Counted from the stretch's first letter, positions 20,656 through 32,226 are shown. The stretch: 64,000 bases of DNA from an uncultured Chlamydiae bacterium (GCA_963754655.1 CAVWGN010000001.1:928001-992000), one strand, 5' to 3'. Notes: generated from the letters alone by a model not told the origin. Numbers and translations are program-made.

Positions 20656-21467
20656 ATGGCACATAGATTAGCCGGTAAAATCGCTCTCATCACTGGAGCT
20701 GCTCAAGGAATAGGAAAGGCGTGTGCTGAACTATTTGCTAAAGAAGGGGCTTTTGTTTTTGTCTCAGATATTAACGATGATTTAGGAATAAAAACAGCGC
20801 ATGGAATTGGCTCTCAAGCTCAATATCTCCATTTAGATGTTCAAAATGAAAATGACTGGCATACAGCAATCCAACAGATTATTAAAGAAAAAAAACATTT
20901 AGACATTCTAGTCAATAATGCCGGTATTACGGGGTTTCAAGAAGGATTTGGGTTGCAAGACCCAGAGAATGCCTCTTTGGATAGCTGGAGAAAAGTCCAC
21001 GCAGTCAATTCTGATGGTGTCTTTCTTGGTTGTCAGAAAGCTATTCAAAAAATGAAACATGCTAAAGGCTCAATTGTCAATATCTCTTCTAATCTGGTGT
21101 TGTTGGGATTCCTGGTGGTGCAGCTGCCTACGCTGCTAGTAAAGCAGCTGTTCGCAATCACACAAAGAGTGTCGCTCTTTACTGCTGTGAGCAAGGATAT
21201 GATATTCGCTGTAATTCCATTCATCCAGCAGTCATCTTAACGCCCATGTGGGAGCCTATGCTAGGTACTGGATCTGAAAGAGAAGAAAGATTAATTCAAT
21301 TCTCTAAAGATATTCCCATGCGTAAGCTTGGTTCTCCTGAAGATGTAGCGTATGCTGCATTGTTTTTGGCTTCCGATGAGGCAAAATACATTACCGGTAT
21401 TGAGCTCACTGTTGACGGCGGAATTCTCGCAGGAAGTAGCGCTTCTCCTAAGCGAGAAAAAGAGTAA
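20656..21467 (+). pseudogene. SDR oxidoreductase, frameshifted near 21090
   Basis: TGAAQGIG, NNAG; YAASK and the C-terminal ITG.EL.VDGG lie in the shifted frame. Confidence 0.85.
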
Positions 21468-21493
21468 GAGTATGTTTATGGAGAAGAAATTTA

Positions 21494-21920
21494 ATGGCTA
21501 AAATGCATGTAGATGAATTTGAGATCGATGCATTGCTTGTCCAGCGATTACTATTAAAACAATTTCCATTATGGGCAAATTTGCCCATCAAATCAGTACC
21601 TTCTGCTGGGACAGATAATGCTCTCTATAAACTGGGCAATGAAATGGTTGTCCGCTTACCACGTATTGGGTGGGCCGTTAATGCTATAGAAAAGGAATGT
21701 CAATGGTTACCAAAACTCGCTCCATTCTTGCCGTTTTCTATTCCTGATCCGATTGGTAAAGGTGTTCCTACCGAAGAATACCCTTGGCCTTGATCAATAT
21801 ACCGATGGCTAGAAGGAAGTAATCCAATTGTAGGTCAGATTCATGATCCCGATCTATTGACTAGCGATTTAGTGAAGTTTATTCAAGCATTGCAAAAGGT
21901 CAGTTTGCCAGATGGTCCAA
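21494..21920 (+). pseudogene. Aminoglycoside phosphotransferase-family N-terminal fragment
   Basis: GTDNALY.LG..MVVRLPR; in-frame TGA at 21791 where W is expected; truncated. Confidence 0.75.
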
Positions 21921-22441
21921 ACAGATCTGAAAGACCTACAGCTGTTGCATACTGATTTTGAGCAATTAAGTAGTCTGAATAGAGATCGAGCATCTTGTCC
22001 ATTTGTTACCATTATCTAAAGGTTGAACAAGAGTTGTACTTCTAACAGGCGAGTTTTATCAAGCGATTTTTACACGCTTTGCGTAACGTGAGTTCTTCAG
22101 GAGGAAATAGAGAAGCTTATCTTGCCTTTTTGCCATTTGATGCATTCCCTGAAGGCTTCTATGGCTATATCAAAAAAAACGATCTCGTTCAAGCTATTGC
22201 AAATCAGCCCAAGGCTCCCTGGACAAACTAGTGGGACTCCAGTAGATGGAACAAGCACCCTAGAAAAACAGAGGGGGTGTGCTCCTTAAATAGAAGCGTT
22301 ACCTATCCATATTTATGAAAATCGTCCTAAAGAGAGTTGTAAAAAAAATTTCCAAAAATTTATGACATGACTGGACCTCAGATTTTCTCGATCATCCCTT
22401 TTTCATTCTTGAGATTAAACTTTTCTGCTATGATTTCTTAC

Positions 22442-23005
22442 ATGAAAAAAGAAACTCAAATCTTTTTAGTTACACCTCGACTTATTCTTCGTCTTCCCAA
22501 TGAAGCTGATAGTATTAAACTTCAGAATTTCGATGAACGAAATATGAGTCATCCGTCTCCTTGGAGATCGACAACCAAAGAGCCAAAGAAAGACTCCAAA
22601 ACTCAACTGATAAAATGGGAACAAGAGTTTAAGGAAGGTAGCTCTATTCGATTTTTATTATTCCTGCAAGACGATCCTGAAGGTGAAATAATTGGTTTTT
22701 GTAATTTTTCTCAGATTTTTCGAGGGCCATTTCAAGCTTGTTATTTGGGGTATCACATTGATTAACGCTTTGAAGGAAAAGGGTTTATGTCAGAAGCTGT
22801 GGCAAAAGCTATTGAATATATGTTTGAAAAGCAACAACTTCATCGAATTATGGCTAATTATATGCCATCAAATGAAAGGAGTGCTCGATTACTTCATAAG
22901 CTTGGTTTCGTGGTAGAAGGGTGTGCCAAAAAATATCTGCTTATTAACGGGCAATGGGAGGATCATATCCTAACTTCTTTGACAAAAGAAAATTGGCTTC
23001 CCTAG
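22442..23005 (+). pseudogene. RimJ-like GNAT acetyltransferase with in-frame TAA (22763)
   Basis: T.RL.LR, RGPFQACYLGY, HRIMANYMP.N.RS..LL..LGF..EG, INGQWEDH. Confidence 0.85.
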
Positions 23006-23006
23006 T

Positions 23007-24131
23007 ATGAAAAAAGAATCAGTACAGATCATCTACTTAAATGGGCCATCCAGCAGTGGTAAAACAACTCTTGCAAAGGCATTGCAACATGCATTTGAAG
23101 AGCCCTTTTTACATGTTGGTATTGATAAAATCATTGGATGGATGCCTGAGAAAATCAATGATTGGACAGGAGGAGAAGCTCCTCTTGGATATAGCTGGAA
23201 GAAGAGCGTCGATGCATCTGGTAATCCCATTCAGGAGATACAAGCCGGCCCTTACGCTCAAAAGATAGGCAAAACCTTCCAAGAAGTCATCCTTGCACTT
23301 GCCAAAATGGGTCATCGTATTGTTATTGATGATGTCTCTTTTGGCAAACAGCAGCTTGATGAATGGAAGAAAACACTAGAAGGCTTTCGAGTTTTATGGG
23401 TTGGAGTAAATGCTCCTCTTCCCGTTTTGGAACAGAGAGAAAAAGATCGAGGCAATCGTATTTTAGGATCAGCAAGAGGACAGTTTGATAAAGTACATGT
23501 TGATGCTTCTTATGACTTGGAGATAGATACACATCAAGCAAGCATTAACGAAAATATCGAAAAGATTAAGACCCTTGCTTTATGCTCTTCCTATCCCATA
23601 GAAGCTGTGAAAAAAATTCTGATAAGGGCTATGAATATACATGATATTGAAAAGATAGTAAGTCGATATTCTTTCCCTTGGTCTATGCCAGAAAAAACCC
23701 TAACTCTCTGGGATACATATTATCGTGAGCAGCAAGAGGGAATCCGCACTGTTGCTGTATTAGAGGAAAATCATGAAATTCTAGGCTATGGAAGTTTGCT
23801 ACGAAAACCTGAATGTCCCTTCTTTGCAAAAAAAAATATTCCCGAAATTAATGCTATCTGGATCGATGAAAATCATCGTAGACAAGGCTTTGGGAAAGCC
23901 CTAATTAAATGGCTTGAAGAGCTTGCAAGACATGAAGGTTATGATCAAATAGGAATTGGAGTTGGGTTATATCAAGACTATGGGCCCGCACAAAAGCTTT
24001 ACTTCCAATTGGGATATGTTCCTGAGGGTAATGGCATTACTTATAAAGGTCAACTTACTGTTCCTGGACAAACTTATCCACTCGATGATGATCTTATCTT
24101 CTGGCTTGAAAAATCTTTAAGGAAAGGCTAA
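23007..24131 (+). CDS. Chloramphenicol phosphotransferase-like kinase fused to GNAT
   Basis: LNGPSSSGKT, RE..RG.R..G.A, YDLEIDT; C-terminal RRQGFG..L and LY..LGY. Confidence 0.8.
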   Translation: MKKESVQIIYLNGPSSSGKTTLAKALQHAFEEPFLHVGIDKIIGWMPEKINDWTGGEAPLGYSWKKSVDASGNPIQEIQAGPYAQKIGKTFQEVILALAKMGHRIVIDDVSFGKQQLDEWKKTLEGFRVLWVGVNAPLPVLEQREKDRGNRILGSARGQFDKVHVDASYDLEIDTHQASINENIEKIKTLALCSSYPIEAVKKILIRAMNIHDIEKIVSRYSFPWSMPEKTLTLWDTYYREQQEGIRTVAVLEENHEILGYGSLLRKPECPFFAKKNIPEINAIWIDENHRRQGFGKALIKWLEELARHEGYDQIGIGVGLYQDYGPAQKLYFQLGYVPEGNGITYKGQLTVPGQTYPLDDDLIFWLEKSLRKG

Positions 24132-24712
24132 TGATGTCTATTCGACATGAGATTCACTCCACGATAAATTCTCTTTCTTATTTTGACGAGATAGAACAAG
24201 AACACATTTCATTCACAAAACACTGGATTGAGTCGGGTGTAGAAATTTTTCGGACTGCAAAACCTGCAACACCAGATCCTCATCTTGTTGCTTACTTCCT
24301 CCTCATTGATTCCTCAACGAATCAAGTCTTATTAGTTGATCATAAAAAAGCAGGGCTTTGGCTTCCAGCCGGTGGGCATGTTGAACCAAATGAGCATCCC
24401 AGGGAAACAGTAAAGCGAGAGATAGTGGAAGAACTTGGGATTAAAGCTGATTTTATGATGACAGATCCCGTGTTTCTAACTGTAACTAAAACTGTCGGCC
24501 AGTCAGGTGGGCATACAGATATTTCTCTTTGGTATGTTCTCAAGGGATGTTCTTCTGTTTCTTATGCATTTGATCTAGAAGAGTTTGTTCAAATTTGTTG
24601 GTTCTCTTCAGGCAAAATCCCTTATAATAAATGCGATCCTCATATGAAAAGATGCATAGAAAAGCTAAATTCTCTAGGAGTTTTAGGAAATGCTAGAGAT
24701 GAAGACAAATAA
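24131..24712 (+). CDS. NUDIX hydrolase
   Basis: GGHVEPNE...ETVKREIVEELG Nudix box. Confidence 0.9.
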   Translation: MMSIRHEIHSTINSLSYFDEIEQEHISFTKHWIESGVEIFRTAKPATPDPHLVAYFLLIDSSTNQVLLVDHKKAGLWLPAGGHVEPNEHPRETVKREIVEELGIKADFMMTDPVFLTVTKTVGQSGGHTDISLWYVLKGCSSVSYAFDLEEFVQICWFSSGKIPYNKCDPHMKRCIEKLNSLGVLGNARDEDK

Positions 24713-25448
24713 CACAGCTTTAGTTACAGGAGCTTCTTCAGGGATTGGAGAAGCCATTTCAAGAGAACTTGTAAAACGAGGTTGGGTAGTCATTGGAATA
24801 GCTCGATCTTCTGATAAACTCAGACAAATTCAAAGTGAATTATCCGATTCTTTCATTCCTATGGTATGCGATGTTTCTAAAAAAGAAGATATAGAAGAAA
24901 TATCAAGCCAGATTCTCGAAAAAAAACTTTGTCCATCTCTGTTTTTTCTAAATGCAGGCATTGCTGGAGAAGCGGTTATAGAAAATTCTAAAAAATTTAA
25001 CGTCAAAATTCATGAAGAAATTATGCGAGTGAATTACTTTGGCGTTTTAAACTGGGTGGAGTTTTGGGAACGGCCGTGCCAGGAAAACGGCGGAGCTAAC
25101 TTTGTTGTCACAAGTTCAATAAATGCTATCTTTGCACCACCTACAGGTAGTGCTTATAGTGCATCAAAAGCAGCTATTGCGAAAGCATTTGAAAGTCTTT
25201 CTTTAACTTACTATGGGACTAATTTGCGGTTTTCTATCATGTATCCAGGCCCTGTAGATACTGCTGGATTAAAAGCTCCAAGAAAGCTTCCGTTTACATG
25301 GAAACCAGAAAAAATGGGGAAATGTATGGTGGATTTCGCTTTAAGCTCTAAATCAAGCTGCGAACCATTTTTCTTTTACAAGATCGTAACTCGTCTTCTA
25401 AGAGCCTTACCTGCAAGATATACGATGAAATTACTAGGAAAGTTATGA
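24690..25448 (+). CDS. SDR oxidoreductase
   Basis: TGASSGIG, NAG, YSASK. Confidence 0.9.
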   Translation: MLEMKTNNTALVTGASSGIGEAISRELVKRGWVVIGIARSSDKLRQIQSELSDSFIPMVCDVSKKEDIEEISSQILEKKLCPSLFFLNAGIAGEAVIENSKKFNVKIHEEIMRVNYFGVLNWVEFWERPCQENGGANFVVTSSINAIFAPPTGSAYSASKAAIAKAFESLSLTYYGTNLRFSIMYPGPVDTAGLKAPRKLPFTWKPEKMGKCMVDFALSSKSSCEPFFFYKIVTRLLRALPARYTMKLLGKL

Positions 25449-26880
25449 TGTCGTATCAATTTCGGTTCACATTTAAACCCGTGGAAGCAAAAGATAGGTC
25501 TCTTGTTCACGAGTGGATTGTACAATCCCATGTTGCTGAGTGGATACACGGAGCGGGATTGCAGAATACTTTAAATGGCTTGGAAAAATTCTTTCAAGGA
25601 GAGTCTGAGACTACCTATTGGATTGGTTATGATAAAGACATTCCTTTTGCATTTTTGATTACTTCTCCTGAAGGAAATGATGCGACCACTTTAGATTTGT
25701 TCATTTGTAACCTGAATTATTTGGGCAAAGGAATTGCTGTGCCAATGATTCAGGAGTTTTTAATCAGTCAATTTCCAAACGTGAAAAGAGTTTTGATAGA
25801 TCCTGAAGCAACTAATAAACGAGCCATTCACGTTTACAAAAAAGTGGGCTTTAAGATCATTGGAGAGTTTATAGCAAGCTGGCATCCAGTTCCTCACTAT
25901 CAAATGGAAATTGATATGAAGGATTTGCTTAATTTGAAAACTAAGAAGATTGTAGTGACAGCTTATAATCCTGATTGGCCTGAGGCTTTCGACAATAGAA
26001 GCTTCAAAAATTAAAGAAGCTCTTGGATCAAACTGCATAGCTATTCATCACATTGGTTCCACTTCGGTGCCAGGTCTTTCGGCGAAACCAGTAATTGATA
26101 TGATAGGAGTTATAAAAGATCCAGAAAAGGCTATTAAATCTCTTGAAGACTTGGGCTTCAAGTATAAGGGCGAGTACAATATTCCCATGCGGTTTTATTT
26201 TAATAAATCTGAAGGGATCGAAGTGAACCTTCATGTGTATGAAGAGGGCATCCAGAAATAGAGCTGAATGTTACTTTTAGAGATTACTTGCGTATTCATC
26301 CCGATGCTCGAGACGAATATGCCAAGCTTAAAGAAGATCTTCTCAAGGAGAAGTCTTCCTATGAAAAGAACAACTCTCTTTTCACAGGATATAACCTGGG
26401 TAAAGACGCTTTCATCAGAAAAATTCTTCAGAAATCAAATTTCAATCGCACTCGCATGATGAAATGCACTCACTATGCTGAATGGGAAGTAGCTAAGCGA
26501 CTAAGAAATAAGTACTTTTTTGATCCTTTGTCGATTTCTGATCCCTACACATGGACATTTGACCATCCAGAGCATGTTCATTTGGTTCTCTATCAAGGTG
26601 TCGAAATCATTGGTACGCTCATATTCAATTTTGGCCAAATCATAGAGCCGCATTAAGAATTATTGTTATTGATCCTTATCGACTTGATGGTTTAGGTAGT
26701 CATTTTTTAAAGCTTTGCGAACAGTGGTTGAAAAAACAGGGTATTAAGTCCCTGCACGATGAGGCTAGGCCAGATGTTGTGAATTTTTATCGAAAAAATG
26801 GTTTTGTAGAAATGCCATTTAACGACCCTAGTGGAGAACCACCAAGCATTTATGATTTAGCAATGGGAAAACTATTATGA
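25445..26880 (+). pseudogene. GNAT-GrpB-GNAT multidomain gene broken by several frameshifts
   Basis: AAC(6')-like GNAT (IDP...N.RA..VY.K.GF), then YNPDWP/HIGSTSVPGL.AKP.ID GrpB, then a GNAT paralogous to 30730-31660. Confidence 0.8.
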
Positions 26881-26916
26881 AAAAAGTTTTTTGGGTTGAT
26901 CCATATTTGACAAAGC

Positions 26917-28052
26917 TAGTACTTTATTTATTTTTTAAATAACTTGTTTTATGTTTTTGCTGAAAAACCTGCAAAATTCCATTTAAATGGATGAGCTTGT
27001 TCATTCCAATTTCTGACAAAAAGCATCATTTTTGAACATAAATCGAAGACACTTTTAAAACTCATGCTCTTAATTGTTTTTCTATGCAATATGCTAAACC
27101 AAATTTCTGCTTGATTCACCCAAGAAGCGTGCTTTGGCGTATATGCAAATTCAATTTGATTGCCAAACTTTTTAAAGTGATGTGGCATATGGGTATTTAA
27201 ATTATCCCAAATAATATAGCATTTCTTTCCGTTCTGCTTACTCATAAATTCTTCTATAAATTGATTGACAGCCTCTTGTGTGCGCCTTAAAGTTGCTTTT
27301 GCAATAACTTCTCCGGTATGTACATTAAAAGCAGCGAACAGGTTAGCTGTGCCATGTCTTTCATAATCGGTTTCTAGTCTCATTCGCATTTTCTTATGCC
27401 ATTTTCTTCTCTCAATAGCTTGTACACCACATTTTTCATCTATACACCACACATTGGTATGTTTGTTAAAATACAGGCTCACAATTTTTTTAATTTTTTT
27501 TTTAAACTCCGGATCAGGACTATGCTGCCACATTTTCACCTTATGAGGCTTAATATCAGCCTTATTAAGAATACTCCAAATTTCCGATCGGCTGATTACA
27601 ATACCTGATTCTTTTTTTATTTCTTCGACAATTAAATCTAAAGTCCAACGCCATTCTCCTCGCGCTTTATACTCTTCTCGTATAGGTGCGCAAGCAATTT
27701 TAATGACTTCGTATTTCAAAGTAATCGGAATGGTTTCTTTTCTTCCTCTTCCTTTTTCATCTTTTAAAGCATCGAGACTTGGATTTTTTGAAAAACGCAT
27801 ACGCCATTTTGATACACTATTTTCACTGATGCCAAGATCACTTGCAATTTCCATATTCATTAAACCCTCATTCGCCTTCAAAATGATTTTTGCTCTTTGT
27901 GAAAGCCTTACTTCCGCTGTAAAAGAATGAGCAATTTGATTTAAATCTTTTTTCATTTTATGCGATAATATAATAGAAGTTGCAGGTTTTATATAAACCT
28001 CCTTGTTCTCTATCTATATTATAAACCAAGTTATTAAAAAAATAAAGTACTA
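26917..28052 (-). mobile_element. IS630-family insertion sequence
   Basis: TIRs TAGTACTTTATTT...AAATAAAGTACTA, CTAG at both junctions, encloses a DDE transposase. Confidence 0.92.
26949..27956 (-). CDS. IS630-family transposase
   Basis: N-terminal HTH; CIDEK, YERHGT, IWDN, TP.HASW.NQAEIWF. Confidence 0.92.
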   Translation of the reverse strand: MKKDLNQIAHSFTAEVRLSQRAKIILKANEGLMNMEIASDLGISENSVSKWRMRFSKNPSLDALKDEKGRGRKETIPITLKYEVIKIACAPIREEYKARGEWRWTLDLIVEEIKKESGIVISRSEIWSILNKADIKPHKVKMWQHSPDPEFKKKIKKIVSLYFNKHTNVWCIDEKCGVQAIERRKWHKKMRMRLETDYERHGTANLFAAFNVHTGEVIAKATLRRTQEAVNQFIEEFMSKQNGKKCYIIWDNLNTHMPHHFKKFGNQIEFAYTPKHASWVNQAEIWFSILHRKTIKSMSFKSVFDLCSKMMLFVRNWNEQAHPFKWNFAGFSAKT

Positions 28053-28742
28053 GAAACGAAAATTATTAATGTTCAGGGTAATGAGATTGTTTTTGAAGAA
28101 ACTATCGGCTATTCAGAATCAGGTGGACAAGAAAGCGATAAGGTGACCATCAATGGCATCCCAGTCTTGTCATCTAGAATGGATAAAAGCATGCCATTTT
28201 TGATTTATTATACATTACCTGATGGCATGGCTTTTCAGTTGGTGAAAGAATTCTCATGGAAGTTGACTGGCTTCGCAGAAATAGATTAATGCGGCTTCAT
28301 TTCACCTGCGAGCTTGTTCTAATTCTTATGAATCGTTTGTTTAATGGAACTCAGGAAGGCATTGAACTTAAACCTGAAGAAATCGACACTGTCATTAGAA
28401 AAAGAGGTGCTCATATGGCTGAAACAGGCGCAAGAGTTGATTTTGAATGTTCCAAAAATATTTCTGAGTATTTTCCTGTCATTTTAAGCGAGTATAACAA
28501 AATTATTGCTGCTAACTTGATCATTGAAAAAGGATTTCTTAATGAAGCTGAAGAGATTCGTTATTGGAGGCTGCCAAATATAGCGATGGTTCCTTGTGGT
28601 GGCACTCATGTTCGTTCAACTGCAGAAATAGGAGCAATAGATTTAAAACGAGATCGGGCCAACAAAGGGGTTGAGAGGATTGGAATCACTCTTCAAAACA
28701 CCCAACCCACTAGCAACACAACAGTTTGATTATCAAGTTGTT

Positions 28743-29780
28743 TTAGTTATTTTCAGAAAGTTCAGCTTCAATCTCCTCAGTCGTTGGCAAACTAGACTTA
28801 AGGTCTTTTGGAAGGCTTTTAACCAGCTTGGTTTCATAACTAGCTACGCTAATAGGGCTAGAGCATCTTCTTAAAGCATACTCTACCTCAATGTGATTTT
28901 TCTTCTTGCAGATCAAAATGCCAATCGTTGGATTGTCGTTTGGGTGGCGCAGCAAATCGTCCACGGCTGACAAGTAAAAATTTATCTGGCCAGAGTATCT
29001 CTTGGATTAAATTCAGTGGCTTTAAGCTCGATTACAAAATAACACCGAAGCTTAAGGTGATAAAATAGCAGGTCGATTATGTATTCTTTTCCAGCTACTT
29101 CAATCTCATATTGCCTTCCCACAAAGGCAAACCCGTCGCCTAATTCTAATAGAAATTTTTGGATATGATCCATTAGTCCTTGCTCGAGCTCTGCTTCTCG
29201 ATGTTTCTTATCCAGAGCGAGGAATGAAAAATTATAAGGATCTTTGATCGCTTGCTCAGCTAAATCAGATTGAAGTTCTGGAAGTGTTTCTTTAAAATTC
29301 GTAATCGCCTTTCCTTGTCGTTTATATAGGTCAGATTCTACCCATGTTTCAAGTGTACTTCTACTCCATCCATTCTCGACTATTTGATTGATATAACAAA
29401 GATGTTGTTTTTCTCCCTCTAACCTATCTAAAAGTAACATATTGTGACCTCATGGAATTTGTGCAGCAGCTGCTGCATAATTTGAGTCGGGGAATCTTTC
29501 TGCAAACTTACGCATATAATGTAGGTTGCGAATGGAAAAACCTGAGACGTTTGGAAATGCCTGCTTCAAATCAACTTCAAGGCGTTTCATCGTCTTAGAT
29601 CCCCAGCCTTCCTGAGCAATTTTCTCTGATAAGAGTCTTCCTATACGCTAATACAACATAACCAATTCTTTTGTAATCGAAAGAGCGGCTCTTAACTGAG
29701 ATTGTTGTATGTCTTTTTTGATCTGTTCGAGTGTTTTGGGATAGCTCTTCAAATCATCAATTTCTTTTCTTTTAGCATTC
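28743..29780 (-). pseudogene. YhcG/DUF1016 PDDEXK nuclease-domain gene, frameshifted
   Basis: KDPY.F.FL, FLLELG.GF.FVGRQ, IDLLFYHLKLRCY.VIELK, DNPTIGI.IC across several frames. Confidence 0.88.
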
Positions 29781-29992
29781 ATTTATGGCTCGTATGGGGA
29801 AAATTATTACTGAAGATTTTAGCTGAGCAGAAGATATCAAGAAAGGATTGTCTTATTTTACGCAAATTTTACGCACTAGACTGGAAAAAACTGGCATAAA
29901 ATGGCGCAAAGCAACACAATTAGTGACTTCATAAACCATTGATTTATCTATGCCTATGTGTTCTGATTTATGCTGGTTTGTGGAAGGAGAAG

Positions 29993-30043
29993 GGACTCAT
30001 AACCCGCTGATCGTAGGTTCAAATCCTACTTGCCCCACTTTTT
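29993..30043 (+). repeat. attR-like copy of the tRNA 3' end
   Basis: GGACTCATAACCCGCTGATCGTAGGTTCAAATCCTACTTGCCCCACTTTTT, 50/51 identical to 13336-13386. Confidence 0.92.
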
Positions 30044-30106
30044 CTATCTGTTCGAAATCAATATTTTTCGTTCTGACATACTCACCATACACACATAACC
30101 CATGGC

Positions 30107-30563
30107 TAGGGTGTTAATTTTGTACAAAAAATAGCAATTTTAATCACATAAATATATTATCCGTATGTTATTAATATTTAAATACATAACAGCGTTTGAG
30201 ACTGTGATTATTGGCATAGTTGAATTGAAGGTCGCATGTTTATGCCGTCCTTTCAGGACTCGATGTCTTTTTGATAGAACCCAGGCCTCCGCTTCGCTGC
30301 GACCTGGGCTGTAACATGACGGCCCTTCAGGCCTTAACAAAAAGATGATTTAGGGGCTATAAAAGAGGGACTTAAACATCTCTTGTTAAGGCCTGAAGGG
30401 CCGTCATGTTACAGCCCAGGTCGCAGCGAAGCAGAGGCCTGGGTTCTATCAAAAAGACATCGAGTCCTGAAAGGACGGCATAAACATGCGACCTTCAATT
30501 CAACTATGCCAATTATTGTGAAAAATAAAGCTCATTTTTTGCACAAAATGAACACCCTAACCC
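30107..30563. mobile_element. Layered palindromic element (TAGGGTGTT layer > GTTGAATTG layer > inverted pair of three-hairpin cores)
   Basis: Near-perfect ~130-bp inverted arms; nearly identical to the interior of 61631-62379; flanked by the 11-bp direct repeat TAACCCATGGC (30096, 30564). Confidence 0.85.
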
Positions 30564-30729
30564 TAACCCATGGCATTATGTCAGAACTTTTGTCAGGATT
30601 TCCTCCTTTCGCATGTTTCTCTTCTAATATCGCTTACTCTGGGTTAATCCCTGCTGAAACAGAGTGAATGAGGTTACAAGTTCTGCTATAATTTCCCTTT
30701 AACTTTTAGAGATAACAAGAGTCTATGAT

Positions 30730-32226
30730 ATGAAAAAAAACATCGAAGTCGTCCCTTATAACCCACAATGGCCAGAAATGTTTGCCTCAGAGGCGCAACT
30801 TATCAAACAAGCCTTAGAGAATAACTGCATAACTATTCATCATATCGGGTCAACCTCTGTACCTGGGCTAAGCGCGAAACCTATCATCGACATACTTCCT
30901 GTGGTGAGAGACATTCAAGAGGTCGATAAAGCTACAAAAGCTATGGAATCTCTCGGATATGAGGCTAAAGGTGAATACGGAATTGCCTTCAGACGATATT
31001 TTCAAAAAGGCAAGAATGCTAGAACTCACAATGTACACGTTTATCAAGAAGGCGATCCTGAAATCAGCAGATACTTAAAATTTCGGGATTGGATGCGTTC
31101 TCATCCTGATGATGTTGAAAATTACGCTAAGCTTAAGGAAGAATTAGCAGCAAAATTTCCCGAGGACATTCTACAGTATTGCAACGGAAAAGACGCTTTT
31201 GTTGCAAGTATCGATGCGAAAGATGGTTTTGATGGATGGCGTATTGTAAAAGCCCTTACTGATCGAGAATGGTCTGCAGTACGCAATCTTCGGCAACAAT
31301 ATTTTTTTAAATTGAAAGAAGACCCTTACAAGTGGATATTCGAACATAAAGATCACATTCATTTTGTTTTCTATAAAAACGCGGAAATAATTGGTTATGC
31401 TCATCTCCAGCTTTGGCAGGAACATAGAGCTGCATTGCGAATTATCGTAATTGATGAGCGTTATCGAAATCTTGGACTTGGAAGCCAATTTTTAAAGCTT
31501 TGCGAACGGTGGTTAGGCCATCAAGGCTTCAAAACGTTATTAGTTCAATCCTCACAGAAAGCATATAAATTCTATTGTAATCATGGATATGTGCAAATGC
31601 CGTTCAATGATCCTGATGGTTACGAAACGGATTCACAAGATATCGAGATAGGAAAATTCCTTATGACTAAAAAAGACCGTCCACAGATCTCCATCTATAT
31701 AGCAATGAGCATCGATGGATACATCGCCAGGAAAAACGGAGGTCTCGATTGGCTCGAGTATGGTCATACAGGTGATGAGGACTACGGATTTAAGAAATTT
31801 ATCGATAGCGTTGATGCGTTAGTTCTTGGTAGGAACACCTATGAAGTAGTTTCTGGCTTTGATAAATGGCCGTATGAGGGGAAGAGAGTCATTGTTCTTA
31901 GTAATACATTAAATGAGGTTAGGAAAGAAGCAGAGCTGTTTTGCGGGCAACTGACCGACCTGGCTTCCATGCTTCATTCCGAAGGTATCAAACGTGTATG
32001 GGTTGACGGAGGGGTTACTGTATCTAAATTCTTGGAGGCAGGATTAGTCGACGACATCACCATATCCGTAATTGCTGTAGTCCTAGGCTCTGGTATTCCT
32101 CTTTTTAGCACCATGAATCGAGAACATAAGTGCCGCTTAATCTCTACCCAATCTTACCCAAGTGGTTTAGTGCAGCTGAAGTATGAGGTTGCTCATGTCA
32201 AATCTAAAAACTCTTGTAACAAGTAG
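30730..32226 (+). CDS. GrpB-GNAT-RibD C-terminal (DHFR-like) fusion
   Basis: HIGSTSVPGLSAKPIID; YRNLGLGS; YIAMSIDGYIA...GRNTY...VLGSGIPLF. Confidence 0.85.
   Translation: MKKNIEVVPYNPQWPEMFASEAQLIKQALENNCITIHHIGSTSVPGLSAKPIIDILPVVRDIQEVDKATKAMESLGYEAKGEYGIAFRRYFQKGKNARTHNVHVYQEGDPEISRYLKFRDWMRSHPDDVENYAKLKEELAAKFPEDILQYCNGKDAFVASIDAKDGFDGWRIVKALTDREWSAVRNLRQQYFFKLKEDPYKWIFEHKDHIHFVFYKNAEIIGYAHLQLWQEHRAALRIIVIDERYRNLGLGSQFLKLCERWLGHQGFKTLLVQSSQKAYKFYCNHGYVQMPFNDPDGYETDSQDIEIGKFLMTKKDRPQISIYIAMSIDGYIARKNGGLDWLEYGHTGDEDYGFKKFIDSVDALVLGRNTYEVVSGFDKWPYEGKRVIVLSNTLNEVRKEAELFCGQLTDLASMLHSEGIKRVWVDGGVTVSKFLEAGLVDDITISVIAVVLGSGIPLFSTMNREHKCRLISTQSYPSGLVQLKYEVAHVKSKNSCNK

Larger units (their letters stand above)
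26877..28729 (+). pseudogene. AlaX-type aminoacyl-tRNA editing protein interrupted by IS630 (also frameshifted near 28225)
   Basis: MKKVFWVDPYLTKL|ETKII...SGGQESD across the IS; RLMRLHF and PCGGTH motifs. Confidence 0.85.
13336..30043. mobile_element. tRNA-anchored genomic island (~16.7 kb), integrase not seen
   Basis: 51-bp direct repeat: 13336-13386 (tRNA 3' half) and 29993-30043, one mismatch. Confidence 0.85.

Noticed and set aside
22228..22263. Tiny CTAG-bounded element
   Set aside because: Inverted-repeat match too weak to support.
29993..30043. Second tRNA gene
   Set aside because: Only the 3' half is present; no 5' acceptor strand or D arm.
30140..30667. Small ORFs 'MLRPEGPSCYSPGRSEAEAW...' (also 32479, 44988, 54553, 61671)
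   Set aside because: Incidental translations of the palindromic repeats, present on both strands.
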